A DNA stretch of 63,947 bases, filler included, from Psammoneis japonica (Eukaryota): NCBI GenBank assembly GCA_008632985.1. It is 6 parts of 6 records of this genome, joined end to end, with 100 filler letters (N's around TTAATTAATTAA, not from the genome) between each part and the next. Parts side by side here need not be neighbours in the genome. Positions count along the whole stretch, not along the records: positions 44,949 to 55,835 come from QPGO01000524.1; positions 55,936 to 63,947 come from QPGO01000546.1; 4 more parts are not named here. One strand, given 5' to 3'. Positions 49,511 to 62,105 of this stretch are shown here, piece by piece. The notes beneath the pieces are model-generated. The model saw nothing but the letters and a program-made list of their open reading frames with translations. It did not search any database and was not told the DNA's origin. Positions within the stretch are counted from its first letter, which is position 1. The number at the start of each line of letters is the position of its first letter. Both the position numbers and the translations under genes were made by a program.

Positions 49511-51261
49511 CTAACAGTTTCTAGCGCAGAATTTGAGTCGAGCGAGTAGGACCATAAATGCCAATGATCCACAGGATGCAATAGCACACACGGTTGTAAT
49601 GACTGTCAAGTTTTTCCAGTCGTTTTCTCGAGATGTGCCCATGGCAGTGACAAGTGACATTGACAACCAGGGACTAATTTGACCCCGAAATCTATACAAG
49701 ATATCAGGAACCCGTACTCCAACCCGCATGATATCTCGTCGTCACATGTTCATTTTCGTCGGCTCGTCGATCATCTCTTGCAGAATGTAGTGGTTTTCTA
49801 GCCACAGTGTTGGTGGCAAGAATTACACTAGGTAAGAAGCCCCACTCTGTCGCAAGAGTTGCGACAAAATGAACAGCAATCGTCAATGGAACAATGTAGA
49901 AGAATCTTGAAACTTGACAATTGCAATGTCGCCGAGAGAAGCCACCGAGACAAACACGGTTGTAGCACCAATAACCACAAGCAGCTGTCGCCCGACACTA
50001 TGCCTTGCAAAGAAATGTCTGAACGACATTGAAGCAATTGTAATTGCTCCCGTAGACGCAAGAGACAAAATCTGCAGCATCATCGGGTCGGAACGAAAGA
50101 GCCAATACACAAATGATTCCATTGGGTAACTTGAGTTTGGAACTGAATGTTTCAATAGGAGGTAGAGTCCGACTCGATGGGAGTATCTCCAATTTAGTTT
50201 GAACAAAAGCCACAATAGAGCACTTAATAAGAGTGACAGGATGATTACCAAGCTGTTGGTGTCGTGAGCTTGACCAATGGACTTCGCATCGCAAACACAA
50301 CGACTGCCACCTGGAAAATCACTCCACACAGAATCTCGATTTCCTGAAAGTTTCGGTGATTAGTAGCAATTCCAGTACTAGTTACTGTAGTACTACCACC
50401 TCCGATGGCCCCAACGTCTTGTCCTTGTAAATCACTGTCTGTGTCCTCCTCCCGGTTGTCGCAGTCCGGATAACTTGGGTGATTGAGAAACAAAGTTGTC
50501 GAGGACTGAGCATCGCCATTGATCGAATCTTGAGTCGGTCCGGTGTCCTTTTGTTGATGGAGCCCCACCTTATACCATACTGAAACTACAGCACCGGCCG
50601 CTGCCATAACTCCAGCAGCCACCAGTAACACCACCACAACCGAGTCGTTGAGTTCGGTATCATTCTTGAGAACCAAATGTCGATATGCAAAGAGCACAAA
50701 CGCAATCAAATTTGCCACCAAGGAACCAAGATTGCGAGCGGTTGCTGCTTCTGATTGAAACTCAGCAGCAGCCTGCTCAAACGGCTCTTGCTGTGCTGCT
50801 TGATCAACAAGCTCGAGTCCCAGAAGAAATTCTGGCCAGGCTGAAGTGACTCCTCTCGCAAAAGCCATCAAAAAGCAACACACGACGTCTCCTTTTGGAA
50901 CAAGCGCAGTGGAGGCAATGGAGATTCCACTTAAAGTTAATAGAACTGGTAAAAGTGCCTCACGACGAAACCATTGGCTGCAAAAAGCGTAAAACGGCTT
51001 GAGCGAACATGGGACGAAGGATGTTGCGATATAGACACCGAGAAGGTTCAGCGGCACCGAAGCTCGGGTATTAACAATGTATAGTAGAGCTGTAGACGGA
51101 AGAGAAAGGGTCGCTCCATTCATAGCGAATAAAAGTCGCAGCGATAGCGGCAACGACAAGGGCTCGGTACTTTCGACGACGGCAGGCAATTGCTGCAAGA
51201 GGGGTGTCGTTTGATCATCATCACTTTCTCTATCCTCTGTTTCTTGGAGGAGGTCGTTCAT
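49511..51261 (-). CDS. MFS-like membrane transporter, probably BT1/folate-biopterin type; frameshifted
   Basis: Many hydrophobic helices across ORFs 51261-50245, 50329-49883 and 49729-49511; PCSLKPFY, FQSEAATARNLGSL. Confidence 0.6.
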
Positions 51262-51616
51262 CTCCTTCCTTCAGCTACCACGAGAGCCTCTATACACCAT
51301 GCTCCGCCTCCTAATATTGCCCCAACCTCACAATTCGTTGCACAGTCAGCAGTCAGCTCTCAGTTCCTTCGTCCATACAAGTACATACCATCTTCATCTT
51401 GATACTGTAGCCTGCTGTTTTCCTGTTTTGGCTTTTCAGGACTAGCGACGGAGCGAGCGACGGACGGACCGGACTTCGAATCCTGCTTTCGTCTGTGCGG
51501 CGTTCACCATCCGTCCTCATGCCGCCATCAGCGGCCAGCGGCGCAATGGACCAGGGACTGGCGGCGGATTTTCGCAAAGCCCGTGTCGCAAGGTTGCACC
51601 CTTACGACTTACGACC

Positions 51617-53210
51617 ATGACAAAGAAGTTGCGTAGTGGGTCAACGGGATCTTCGTCAGTACAAAGATTGGTCTCATGGGGAAGTCATGCTTTATCTTTA
51701 CTCAAAGTGGTTGGATCTGGCTCGCGATGACAGATGACAAGGTGGCAGAAACTGTATCTGTTGGGGAGTCAAGCGAGAAGCTTCGGCATGGTGTTCGAAC
51801 CAATAAATCAAAATGCACAGAGGCACTGCGATGTGAGTAGTTTGTAGAGCAGGAAATCCTATGATTGAAAGTGTCAATGCTACATTGATTGGCTCAGGAC
51901 TCAGGAGGAGTGACGTTCAAAATGGACGGGCTTTTTGCAGCACAACTCTAACTTGCACGTACTCTCAGACCGCCCCTTCAAATGGGTTTGGCGTCGGTTC
52001 CGCATTATCGAGTTAGACACCTCCTCCATGTTAAGAGCAACTGGATTTCTCCCTGACTGGGCCACTACGCTTGCAAAACCGACAACCGACAGAGAGCTGC
52101 GCTTTTGGATGCGCTCAAACAAGCAAATCCGTGGGACCTACAGGTGCACCACAATATCAGATCAGCAGACGCTGAAACAATCGAAGTCAACGGCTGACCT
52201 CCAATGATTGTCATGATTTTGTTCAACTCGTTTCTACTGTCGTCCCCGCTGTTTCCTTGTTGATTTCCTTCAACAGCGGTGGGGCGGGTGCAAGTGAGAA
52301 CCATGTTCACTGTCACGTGTGACTGTCTCCTCCCATTCCGCTTTTGTCGACGGAGACTGTTGTTGATGGTTGGAACTATTATGCTATTTCCAAGGTGGCC
52401 GAGATGCACGAATAGTTTTCTTTATATCATTTAGCAGTACGCATTTCATTTCTCAACTACCGGCATACAATTTTGGATAAGATTGGAGATGCACCGCACA
52501 ATGCCCAAGGAGTCCATGTCTACGTTTTCTGTCGACGCGCTGAACGATCATTGCGACTGGCTCCAACGCTCAAACTGGGTTCCAGCGAAATCATGAGAGT
52601 CTTTGATGCACAGACTTTGGATGAAATTCAGAAACTAGGCATTGCGAGACGTGTCCTGCAAGTCGCAGGAAGCCATGTGGAACATAATAATGGCAAACGT
52701 ACTAAAGAACAGATAGCTGATGTGCGTTATTTCAGTAGTTGTTGTACCACCTTCACAGCGTGCGTCTTCGAGTTCTTCGTCTGCCGTACAAGTATAGAAT
52801 TATTGGGAATAACCTTTCGAGTCCTAAAGCGATAGAGTGATCTCATCTCAACCACATGGCGCGTGATATGGACGGAATATTGGGGCACCATAGCAAGACA
52901 CTGCGTATGCTCTTGTTCTTCAATCCGCGAGTACTGAATTTTGTATGGTCGTTTCCTCAGTTTGTTCGATTTTGCACCCAAGCCCAGACATCGATATTGC
53001 CATGTTTAAATGAAGAGACGGGTCTTATGGAAGCATCAGTACCGCCCAGCTCTTGAACCAAATCAGGGAAGCTGCAGTCTCGACACAGTCCCACGCTATA
53101 TAATTCCAAACCGATCGAGGCCGAAGGATTCGCTGGACTATCATCATCGTTAAACCACACAAGAATGGGAGAATACTGTATTATCTTGGCCATCCGGAAG
53201 GGACTGTAAC
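51617..53210 (+). CDS. Hypothetical protein, fragmented model
   Basis: Successive coding-like plus-strand ORFs (51935, 52473, 52856) and a putative gtgagt donor near 51833; no family recognised. Confidence 0.3.
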
Positions 53211-53265
53211 GGACTCAATCCATGCACAAGAGCGCGATGGGTCGGAACAAAGGTTTACGGAGAAA

Positions 53266-54591
53266 TCATGGCCACTGGTGATTGGGATACAGAGCTGTTC
53301 CATCCTCCAAATCCTCGTATACCTTGACCGCCTTCTGATACAACATCTGCTCTTCTTCTTGCATGACTTGATTATCTGTCAACACATCTGAAAGGTACTC
53401 TGTACTGTTGTTATGTACGAGCATAAAGTCAACAAATCCTTTTATCGCCCCGGCATTGACGTTCATTCGAGGCAATCCGCAGGTTTCCGATAACTGCATT
53501 TGGATCCTTGTCATTTCAGAAACAGGGTCTTCTAGAAGCGTCCTGTGGCTGAGAAGTAAACAGAACATGCCAATTGTATCTTTACGACTAGATTCAACAT
53601 CGCAACGACGCAAAACGTACCTCGACATTACTCGGCACAAGTGTCTGGAATGGCGAACCGCTAGTTTGTTGTACGAGATCCAGAGTTTGAATCCATGGGC
53701 TCTACTTATATTTTCTCGCTTTTTCAGTGACTCTGCCACCTCCCACGGGTGTCTAAAAGTGAAAATGACAGCAGGAGTACCCTCGAGTACCTTGAGCCAA
53801 TTGGGAAGAGTAAAGCAAAGCCGCGGATCCTTTAAAACCCAAGGTCTGTTTCGTGCCATGTTGTAATGGAGAAGGGCTTTATTCAAGTGCTGTCGTGTTT
53901 CCAAGGGACAAGCTTGTGGTGGAAGACACGATTTTGTCACGTCGAAGGCGTCTGGGGAACTATCCCATGAAACGTGCTGTTGTTGTAGCCACGCGTCATT
54001 TTGCATGACAACGTTGATATTCTCAAAATACCCACTGGGGTTGGAAGCATCCCGCTCGAGTTGGGATCCTGGACATTTAAAGACATGCCCTTGACCAGCA
54101 AACCAGCCAAGAGAGACGATCCAGAACGGTGCATGCTCAAAACAACCACGCCGGGGACCATGTCATGTTTGGATGCTGACTTTGTATTGTTTGTAGGACG
54201 TGAATTCAAAGGCGTCTGACAATTTCTTTTCAGCCTGAACAACTCTGGAAGATGTAGAAGCCATATTATTCGTGCTAGACTTCATCGAAAGTACTGTTTG
54301 TTCCTTTTGTATGTCGATGGGCGACTGACAAAGTACAGGAAAGAATTACAAGTGATGAGATGTAAGGAATGAGGCGACAGAATCTCTCGTTCAGCGACAT
54401 GGTAAACTTCATGAAAAAAAAAAAGAGTATACACTCACCTTAATGAATCTCGGTACAATCCAAATCAAAGCAAGGTAATTACCAAGGGCAACACTCCAGA
54501 GAAACAGAATCAAAACTACGCCGATCCAACACTTCTTACTTGCTGGTTTGGGTTGACGTCGAAGTCGGTCTATTCTTTCACGTTGTCTCAT
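53266..54591 (-). CDS. Type II membrane sulfotransferase family protein, with introns
   Basis: N-terminal TM helix, 5'-PSB-like VVLSMHRSGSSLLAGLL, WVLKDPRLC, FRHPWEVAESL. Confidence 0.8.
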
Positions 54592-54855
54592 GGTATGACG
54601 TTAGTGTTCTGGAATATGGCAACAACGGTTCAAGAAAGGGCATTGCGTTGCCTTAGACTAGAGATGTACTCCGCTTTCTGTGGATAAGGACGAGCGGCCG
54701 ACTTGGACTCGTCATGGCAGAGGATACAGTGTAGTGATTGCTAAAAAGATAAGGCTAACCTTATTTTTTTCGAGCTAGCGTGCGAGGGAGCACGCACGAT
54801 GGGAAACCATACCGTCCGTCCTTCTCCTGCGTCATGACGTCATTGGACCAGGAAT

Positions 54856-54905
54856 AGGAACCCGGATCCAACATTTTTTCGAAAAAATGTTGGATCCGGG
54901 TTCCT
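54856..54905. repeat. Perfect 50-bp palindrome; second, truncated copy at 54957-54997
   Basis: aggaacccggatccaacattttttc|gaaaaaatgttggatccgggttcct. Confidence 0.95.
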
Positions 54906-54997
54906 GAGTCATAAGTAGAATTGTATATATTTTTTATACACTTGATTTTTTAGGTAAGGAACCCGGATCCAACATTTTTTTGAAAAAATGTTGGATC

Positions 54998-55835
54998 TGT
55001 TACGACGATTCTGCAGAATCTGAGATTCTGCTGAATCCTGGCATGGAATCTTGTGAAAATGAATTCTGTGGAATCAGACCTCGTGCCCATGTTTTGATTC
55101 TTGTGAATGATGGATTTTGAAGAATCCGTCTTGCCCACTCACCAGAATTCCTGTTTCTTGCAGTTGCCGGATTCTGAAGAATTTTGGCTGCTGGCTCAAG
55201 ACGTGGCACCCTTGTCTCTCAGCCTCTGTTGCTCTTTTGCAGCACCTTTCTTGTTGTGATTCTGTTGAGTTTCTTGGTCAAGAGGAGAGTCTCTTTGTGT
55301 TGCTTTTGCTGCCATCATGTCAGTTGCCCTTCCCCCCTCCTGCCCTGATGCCACTGCTGTGACTTCTCCCGAGAAGGTCAGGAACATCTTCATGGAGACC
55401 AAGCACTGAGATGCCTTCAACAAGGCTGCATTTGGCGTTGAGAATGATGACTTTGCCAGTGCTGTCATCCCGCCAAAGTCCAAGCTCCTGCTTCGATCTG
55501 AGTGGGAGAAGAGGGTTCGGGCAGCGAAGTTCTGGAACACGGGAGCTGATGGGCTCAGTGCAAAAGAGTTTCGCAAGCTTTTCACCCACCAAGCTCATGT
55601 GTGGCAGAAGGTTTTTTTGGTGAAGACAAGTGACCTTGGCCATGACACGCTTTTCCAGATCAAGAAAGGCGCAGATGGATCTGTGACATCCAAGCTCATT
55701 GTTCTCTACATTGAGCAGGTTTTTGATGTTGTGGCACAGCACCATGGACAAACAGGTGGTCATCTCAAATTGGGTCGCACGTTCAATGACATCAAGAAAA
55801 AGTTTTACAATGTCACAGAATTGCTGGTTTCTCAC
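54998..55835 (+). mobile_element. 5' fragment of a probable Ginger/TDD-like integrase element
   Basis: Starts TGTTA where the second palindrome breaks; encodes EQVFDVVAQHHGQTGGHLKLGRTFNDIKKKFYNVTE (integrase zinc-binding-like). Confidence 0.5.
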
Positions 55836-55935
55836 NNNNNNNNNNNNNNNNNNNNNNNNNNNNNNNNNNNNNNNNNNNNTTAATTAATTAANNNNNNNNN
55901 NNNNNNNNNNNNNNNNNNNNNNNNNNNNNNNNNNN

Positions 55936-58047
55936 GTCACTGCTTGAACAAGCAATTGTCTGTGACAAACAAGCTGTTGCACTTGTTGTTGCCGAGTGCC
56001 AAGGACTTGGAGCTGATTGGAGACCAACAAACACTGATTGAAGAGGCCTTTTTTGTGGTTGATTTGGGTGTGGTGGTCTCACAGGTCTGTCAATGTAAGC
56101 CCACTGCAGCAGAGAGCAATGTGCACCTTTGGAAGACACTGTTGCTCAACACTCACCTGTTTGCTGTGTTTCAACAGGGCGCCGCTTCTTCCCTTGGATT
56201 GAACCCTTCCATGCGGTCAAATGGAGTCCTGATCCGGTCATCATCAAGGTGAGTCCAGCTTTTGACTTTTGACTTCGTTTCTCTTTGTGATTCTTTTTGT
56301 CTTGCCACCCTCTCAGACACTTGCAATTTTGGGCTGTAACTTTGACTGTGCCTTGAGAAATGAAACTCAATTGGTGCAACAAATCACTCAAGGTCTCCCT
56401 GCACACCCGATGTCATCCATGCCAACCCCTGCAAGGCCCGGGCTCATCTCATTGAGGTGCATCAAACAAGAACAGCTCAAGTTCTGTCCTGTCACATGAT
56501 GGTTTGCATCCCTCACCATTGTCCTGGCCACCACAGGTGGTTTGCTGTGGAGTTCACATGGTCACTTTTGACAACGTCACTGAAGTGAGAAAATGTGCAG
56601 CCATCAGCAAAAAGATTGAGCTCATTTTACAAATCACAACTGATGACGGTGGAAGTCAATGTCATCTCAGCAGCAAGTTTGGTGCACCGCGACACAAGTG
56701 GCATCCTCTTTTGGCTGCAGCCAAGCAATGTGGCCTCAATGTTGCTGGAGTGTTGTTTCATGTTGGTTCTGGATGTTGCGATGCCTCCAGACACGAGTTG
56801 GCACTGAAGGATGCTCGTGAAATCTTTGACACAGCTGAAAGCAAGCATGGCATGCACGTGAAGCTCTTGGATGTTGGCGGTGGCTTCCCTGGAGAGACCC
56901 ACTCCATTTGGAATCCTGCTGTTGAAATTGATGAGGATGACAAGAGCAACAATGAAGGAAAGTCTGGGGAAGACGCTTGTGTTGATGACCATTTCATGTT
57001 CTTCAAGGAAATTGCTGAACAGGTGTCCCCAGTTGCAGATCATCTCTTCCCTGTTGAGTCTGGTGCAAAGGTCATTGGTGAACCCAGAAGGTGCTTTGTG
57101 GCACCAGCTGCAACCTTCTGCATGTCAGCGGTTGCCATTTGAAGCAATGAGGTTGATTCTTTGTTTGTGCCAGAACCCATCAACAACACGGAGGCTGCCG
57201 CTGCTTTGGATGACATGACCCGCAAGGAATGAAAGGTGTTGGTGCACCACCACAGACATGAATCTTCTGTGGGAGCCATCAATGTCTTGGAAAATGACCA
57301 GCTCCTGCACCCCATGAAGGAAACAATTGAGGATTGCAACAAGCTTTTTGCTGGTCAGCAATTGGCTCAGCAAGAAGTTGATGTTTACAAGGACAATTTG
57401 GACCACCACAAAGAGAGATTAGAGAGCGCTCTAGATCAGCTGGGACCTCCTGATGCAAAGCAAATGAAGTCCACTGTTCACATGGTTGAAGGTGTGAACC
57501 ATCCTTTGGTGGCCAAAGTAGCTGCAAACTTGGAAGAGGAAGGTTCTCTTGAAACTTCTGCCTTGTTGACATTGGCTGCTGCCGGCAAAGCCACTGTCAA
57601 CAGTGCAATGTTGCAAGCAGTCACCGACTGTTCTCCTTTGCAAAACAATTGCACCTGTTGCATCAATGATGGAGCATGCGGTGCTTTCAACAACATCATG
57701 TTTGATCATGCAACTGATTGTCCACGTGTTCTTCGACTTGCAGAAGATGCCCCTGGTGTCAAGACCAAAAATGGGTTCAAGCATCTGGACTCGGGTGGTG
57801 ATCACTTGATGGAAGCAACGGCAAAGAATGCAAGTTGTTTGTTTTGACTCTCTTTGGTGGTCCCACCTGCAATTCAATTGATGTGGTGGCACACTCTGTG
57901 TTGCTGCCAAAGCTCAAGGTTGGTGACTTTCTCTGCATCATGAACAATGTGGGAGCTTGCACCATGGCGGCAGCCAGCTTGTTCAACGGGTTTGTTCCCA
58001 CTGAGAAATTTTGTGTGTGCTCCATCATTCAGCCTGAGTGCTTTTAA
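55936..58047 (+). pseudogene. ODC: Ornithine decarboxylase pseudogene; introns retained, Tyr codons erased
   Basis: FFVVDLG, PFHAVK (PFYAVK), GCNFDCA, IHANPCK (IYANPCK), SSKFGA, FHVGSG, LDVGGGFPG, CCINDGACGAFN (YYINDGVYGxFN), GPTCNSID, GACT (GAYT); in-frame TGA stops. Confidence 0.92.
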
Positions 58048-58718
58048 GAAATGATCAAAGGGCCTGAGGCCATTGTCAACCCTGGATCCGTCAATGAAAA
58101 GAAGGAGGTCAACTGAAAAGGTTGAAGCAGTTTTGTGTCTCAAAGAATGCAATGCAGAGACCAAACATGACACGGTCGACTGGAAAACAAGTGAAACAAA
58201 ATGATGCAAATGACAAATGCACCAACAAACAAGAGCAATTGCCCTCTGAGATTCAAACATGGGCAGATGGGCAGAAGAGCGCAACAGAGCTCCTCTGCAT
58301 GACTGTTGTTGTGCAAGACCGTTCCAGTCACACATGGAAATCACTTCAATGGTGCACAGTCCTTTAAAATGAGAAAAAAAAGTGGAACAAAAAAAAAAGA
58401 GGTGTCCACTTGCCATTCTGTTCTGTGCCAAGCAAGCAACATCACATCACCACCCGTGTGACGAGCTTGTCGTTCAGGGCCCTGCGCAACAGTTGTCAGT
58501 TTGTGCTGTCATTGCCGGCGAACACATCCAAACGAAAAGCTCTCAAAAGAGCAGTGCGGACATCCTTCTCCCCAAGATTGACAAGTGCAACACCATCAGT
58601 CATTGAAGCATCGAATGTTTTGTCTCAGCTCTTTGTTTGTGTAAATGATGACGCACAGCCGTTCAGCGAAGCGTCAAATTGCAATGGGGCAAAAAGCGCG
58701 TGCACGTGGCGTGGAAAG

Positions 58719-58720
<2 letters not shown>

Positions 58721-58802
<82 letters not shown>
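58721..58802. repeat. Perfect (GT)n microsatellite, 82 bp
   Basis: Seen directly. Confidence 0.98.
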
Positions 58803-58804
<2 letters not shown>

Positions 58805-59085
58805 GTCTTCACGCGTCACCGCAGAAAATGGGCCCAAAGTTGTTTGCGCGTTTTACTGGCAGGCCTATGGATGATGATGTTGCCAGTGTTGTTCTTCGGG
58901 TTCGGAAAGACTGCGTTGGGTTCGGATTGACTTACTTCCCGTGACATTGACAATTTTATGCTACCGGTGATACTGTACTGTATTGCGGCTGGTGACGGCA
59001 GAATTTTTTCGTTATCACACTCATATATTCATGAAACACACACAAACTAGCTGAATGTCGAAGAAGAAAACCATAATAATTTTTC

Positions 59086-61509
59086 ATGTCGGAAAGGATT
59101 GAGCAGAGTATCCAAGACGATCGTCACAATCTCGGCAGAAGACGAGCGATCGACACGAAAGAAGAATCATGGTTGCGGCGATCATCTATCGCTTCTCGTG
59201 TGGACCTTTCAAGCCAGTCTGCAAACACAGAGAGACAACGTCGTCGATTGACATCAGTCGTTCTTGCGCTGGCTTTCTCCTTTCTGGTTGTGTTCCTTCT
59301 GGTTGCGGTCGTCAATGAGGTACTTATCAGGCCTCACATCACAGAAGAGAATACGAAAAAGGAATTTGCGGATGACATACAAACGACCTACCGAGATATC
59401 GTCAAAGACACGGTTCCATTTGTCCAAGACTGGTATCGCGGTCTTAAAGTTGAAGATGAGGGTCTTCTGCCAGGTTATAGCAAGACTGCTGACGCCGAGT
59501 CAGAAACAGATCCGTCTTGTCTTGAGCGATGGTTGGATGACATTCGATTTAACCTCTCGCCTGACGGCAATCCCTTCACCGCTCCTGAAGGTATTGAACG
59601 AGTCCTAGCAGACATGGGTCTGGCACGCCATCGTTCAATTCGTGAGCATCTCACCGACTTGTTGACAGAGCCACAGCCACTGATTCCCATTTTCGACTCT
59701 GCCTTGAATTGCACTTCTTCGATGGAAGTGCCACTGCGCTTGGCATGCACTGCCGAGTTCCTTTGTCCCGATCGTCTCAGTGTATCTACACCGCAACAGA
59801 CAATGTACCTTGTGGAAACTCTGCACAGGGCCGTCGTTCTAGAAAAGTTGACTACGGAATTGCTGAAAGACCCTCCTGCACTTCGCGAAGTTGTAGACAC
59901 CATGCAGACGAATCAACATGAGCGATACGAACAGTACGTGAATGAGAAATATGGACGATTGCCGGTGTTGCATGAGTTTCGTATGGCAAAGTATGAAGGC
60001 GTTGCAAACACTTTGAATTATATTGCACGAGCATTGGGTGAGGACGAGCTCCCAACAGTAGTGATGCCAGATGCACAACTTAATCTCCTGGAGGCCGTAA
60101 AAGTTGATGCGCTGCTTGGTTTCGAGCAGAATGCGCGAGTGGGTCTAGCTCTTGCATCAGCGGTTCAAATCGAACCTACTATGAAAAACTATGAACTCAA
60201 ATGGAGACTTGGGGAGGACTGGGTTGATGCATACATTGCGTGGAATTCGGCATTTATCGTGGGATCTGTTCCATATGGAGTCTTATCGAAGCTGTATATA
60301 CCTTCTGTGAGCTGCACACACAAGTCAGATCTTGGGGAAGACTTTTTGTCTTTTCGAGCTGTGTCACTTGCCCTTTCATTAATGCAGATACAGGAACCAA
60401 TTTTTGAGGGGCTCAACCTCATTTCCGGCCACAATATGACGCTTACCGAAATGGATGCCTTTTATTCGCATACGCGCAACGCAGGATATGAAGGTCGCCA
60501 CAATTTGGCTGGTGCTATGGGAATCACAAATTACAGAAGCTTGAAGCTCCCGGTACCATCCAAGGATAGGGTAGAGAGGATGCTTTTTACTCTTTGTGGG
60601 GGGACATGCCACGATAACACATGGATGATGTCGGACAAGCATCCGATTTCCATGTTGAGCAATGAGGGATTCAATGTCTACGTCGCCTTCGTTATCTGGA
60701 TTACGTCTGTTCTCGCTGGAGTTGGTTTGGAGCTTCTTGTTTTGCTAAATTTCCTCCATCAAGGTTGGAACAATGACCTCGAAAGGTTTTGGCGGTTCGC
60801 ACAGTTCCTCTTCCCATTGTTCATGATGACAACGCTGGGTTTGGCTGTACATCATAATTTTATGGCTCTAATGCTAATTGTGCCGGGGTTGTGGAAGTTT
60901 GGTTTCCCTGAAGCTACCATGTACATGTATGCGACTCTTTATAAGGATCAGCAGCGAGCTGCTAAGAGGTTTGCCCATTTCCTTAACGCCGTGGGTACTG
61001 TCATACATCATGGAGCTGCGTCGCTGGTGATTTCTACGCTCCTTTCGGGCGCGGGTAGTCCGGGGCGCGAAGTATTGAACCCAATCCTCGTGTTGGTAAT
61101 GCAGCATTGGTTCGTTTTATTGAAGTATGTAAATAGGTACCTCTACATGATTCTAGAATTGGGGTTGGAAGTCTGGTTTGAGTATGCCATGTTCTCCGAG
61201 ATGGAAGCATTCTTTCGTAATCACTGGACGTTGGCTCTTGCAGGAAATGTAATGCTCGTCGCTCACTGGATGTACATTCTAGCAGCTGGAGTGGGGCTTG
61301 CAGTGGCCGACAGGAGTGCAGGTACCGCAAATGCTGACATCGACATTCGAAGCTCGTATCTGAAATTTTTCAGGGTAAAAAGGCGATTCGATAATTCTGA
61401 AACGGCACCTTCTTCTGTACCAGAGCTTGATTCTTCCTCCTCTCCATTAGAACTTGACGTCGTCCATGAATCTAGCTGTGACAAGGAATGCCCGTGGAGA
61501 GCCTCCTAA
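59086..61509 (+). CDS. Hypothetical 807-aa membrane protein (N-terminal TM, soluble domain, multi-pass C-terminus)
   Basis: Uninterrupted ORF, normal Tyr usage, several hydrophobic helices. Confidence 0.85.
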   Translation: MSERIEQSIQDDRHNLGRRRAIDTKEESWLRRSSIASRVDLSSQSANTERQRRRLTSVVLALAFSFLVVFLLVAVVNEVLIRPHITEENTKKEFADDIQTTYRDIVKDTVPFVQDWYRGLKVEDEGLLPGYSKTADAESETDPSCLERWLDDIRFNLSPDGNPFTAPEGIERVLADMGLARHRSIREHLTDLLTEPQPLIPIFDSALNCTSSMEVPLRLACTAEFLCPDRLSVSTPQQTMYLVETLHRAVVLEKLTTELLKDPPALREVVDTMQTNQHERYEQYVNEKYGRLPVLHEFRMAKYEGVANTLNYIARALGEDELPTVVMPDAQLNLLEAVKVDALLGFEQNARVGLALASAVQIEPTMKNYELKWRLGEDWVDAYIAWNSAFIVGSVPYGVLSKLYIPSVSCTHKSDLGEDFLSFRAVSLALSLMQIQEPIFEGLNLISGHNMTLTEMDAFYSHTRNAGYEGRHNLAGAMGITNYRSLKLPVPSKDRVERMLFTLCGGTCHDNTWMMSDKHPISMLSNEGFNVYVAFVIWITSVLAGVGLELLVLLNFLHQGWNNDLERFWRFAQFLFPLFMMTTLGLAVHHNFMALMLIVPGLWKFGFPEATMYMYATLYKDQQRAAKRFAHFLNAVGTVIHHGAASLVISTLLSGAGSPGREVLNPILVLVMQHWFVLLKYVNRYLYMILELGLEVWFEYAMFSEMEAFFRNHWTLALAGNVMLVAHWMYILAAGVGLAVADRSAGTANADIDIRSSYLKFFRVKRRFDNSETAPSSVPELDSSSSPLELDVVHESSCDKECPWRAS

Positions 61510-62022
61510 GTTGACCGATGCATTAATTCATATTGACAAGATCACGGCAAGCCAAAGCCCGACCCCTGGACCTGAGAAGAAGTCGGGAGGCATGTCACTG
61601 CCCATTTCATATTTATTACATGTTATAGTTACATCTCAAAAAAAAGGTTGCGCTTGTTTGGACGCTAAAAGAATCGTAGGGCCCTAGATCAATGGCGTCA
61701 GGCCTTGATGTCCGCGTACTTTTTGCTCTCCAGAGGAGGTAGAATTCATCTTATTACATTCTTTGAGCAACGTGTTCTAATTTCTTCAAAATCAAGTCAA
61801 AGCACTGGAATAAGGCTCTAGGGGACTTTCCATTCAATGTGTTTTTGCTCCATCACCCTCCACGTCTGCCCAATGTCACCCTCGTTTTCGACCCGTTCCA
61901 TTGCCATATTACTGAGTCTGGTGCATTGGAAAAAAGGTCCGTCTTGATTCCTCCAACTCGAGTATTTGGATGTCAACAAGGCCAAGTCTTCGTCGGGATT
62001 TTTCTTGGGGTAGGGCCCTACT

Positions 62023-62105
62023 ACTAGAGCTTGGTAGCTACGGCCTCTAGAGTAGAGAGTTGAGCTCTCTCTAGCTAGCTATAGTAGAGAGTAGAGTTGA
62101 GAGAA
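62023..62105. repeat. Short CTAG/TAG-rich tract of the same type as 945-1405
   Basis: ctactagagc..ctctagagtagagag..ctctctagctagctatagtagagagtagag. Confidence 0.7.
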
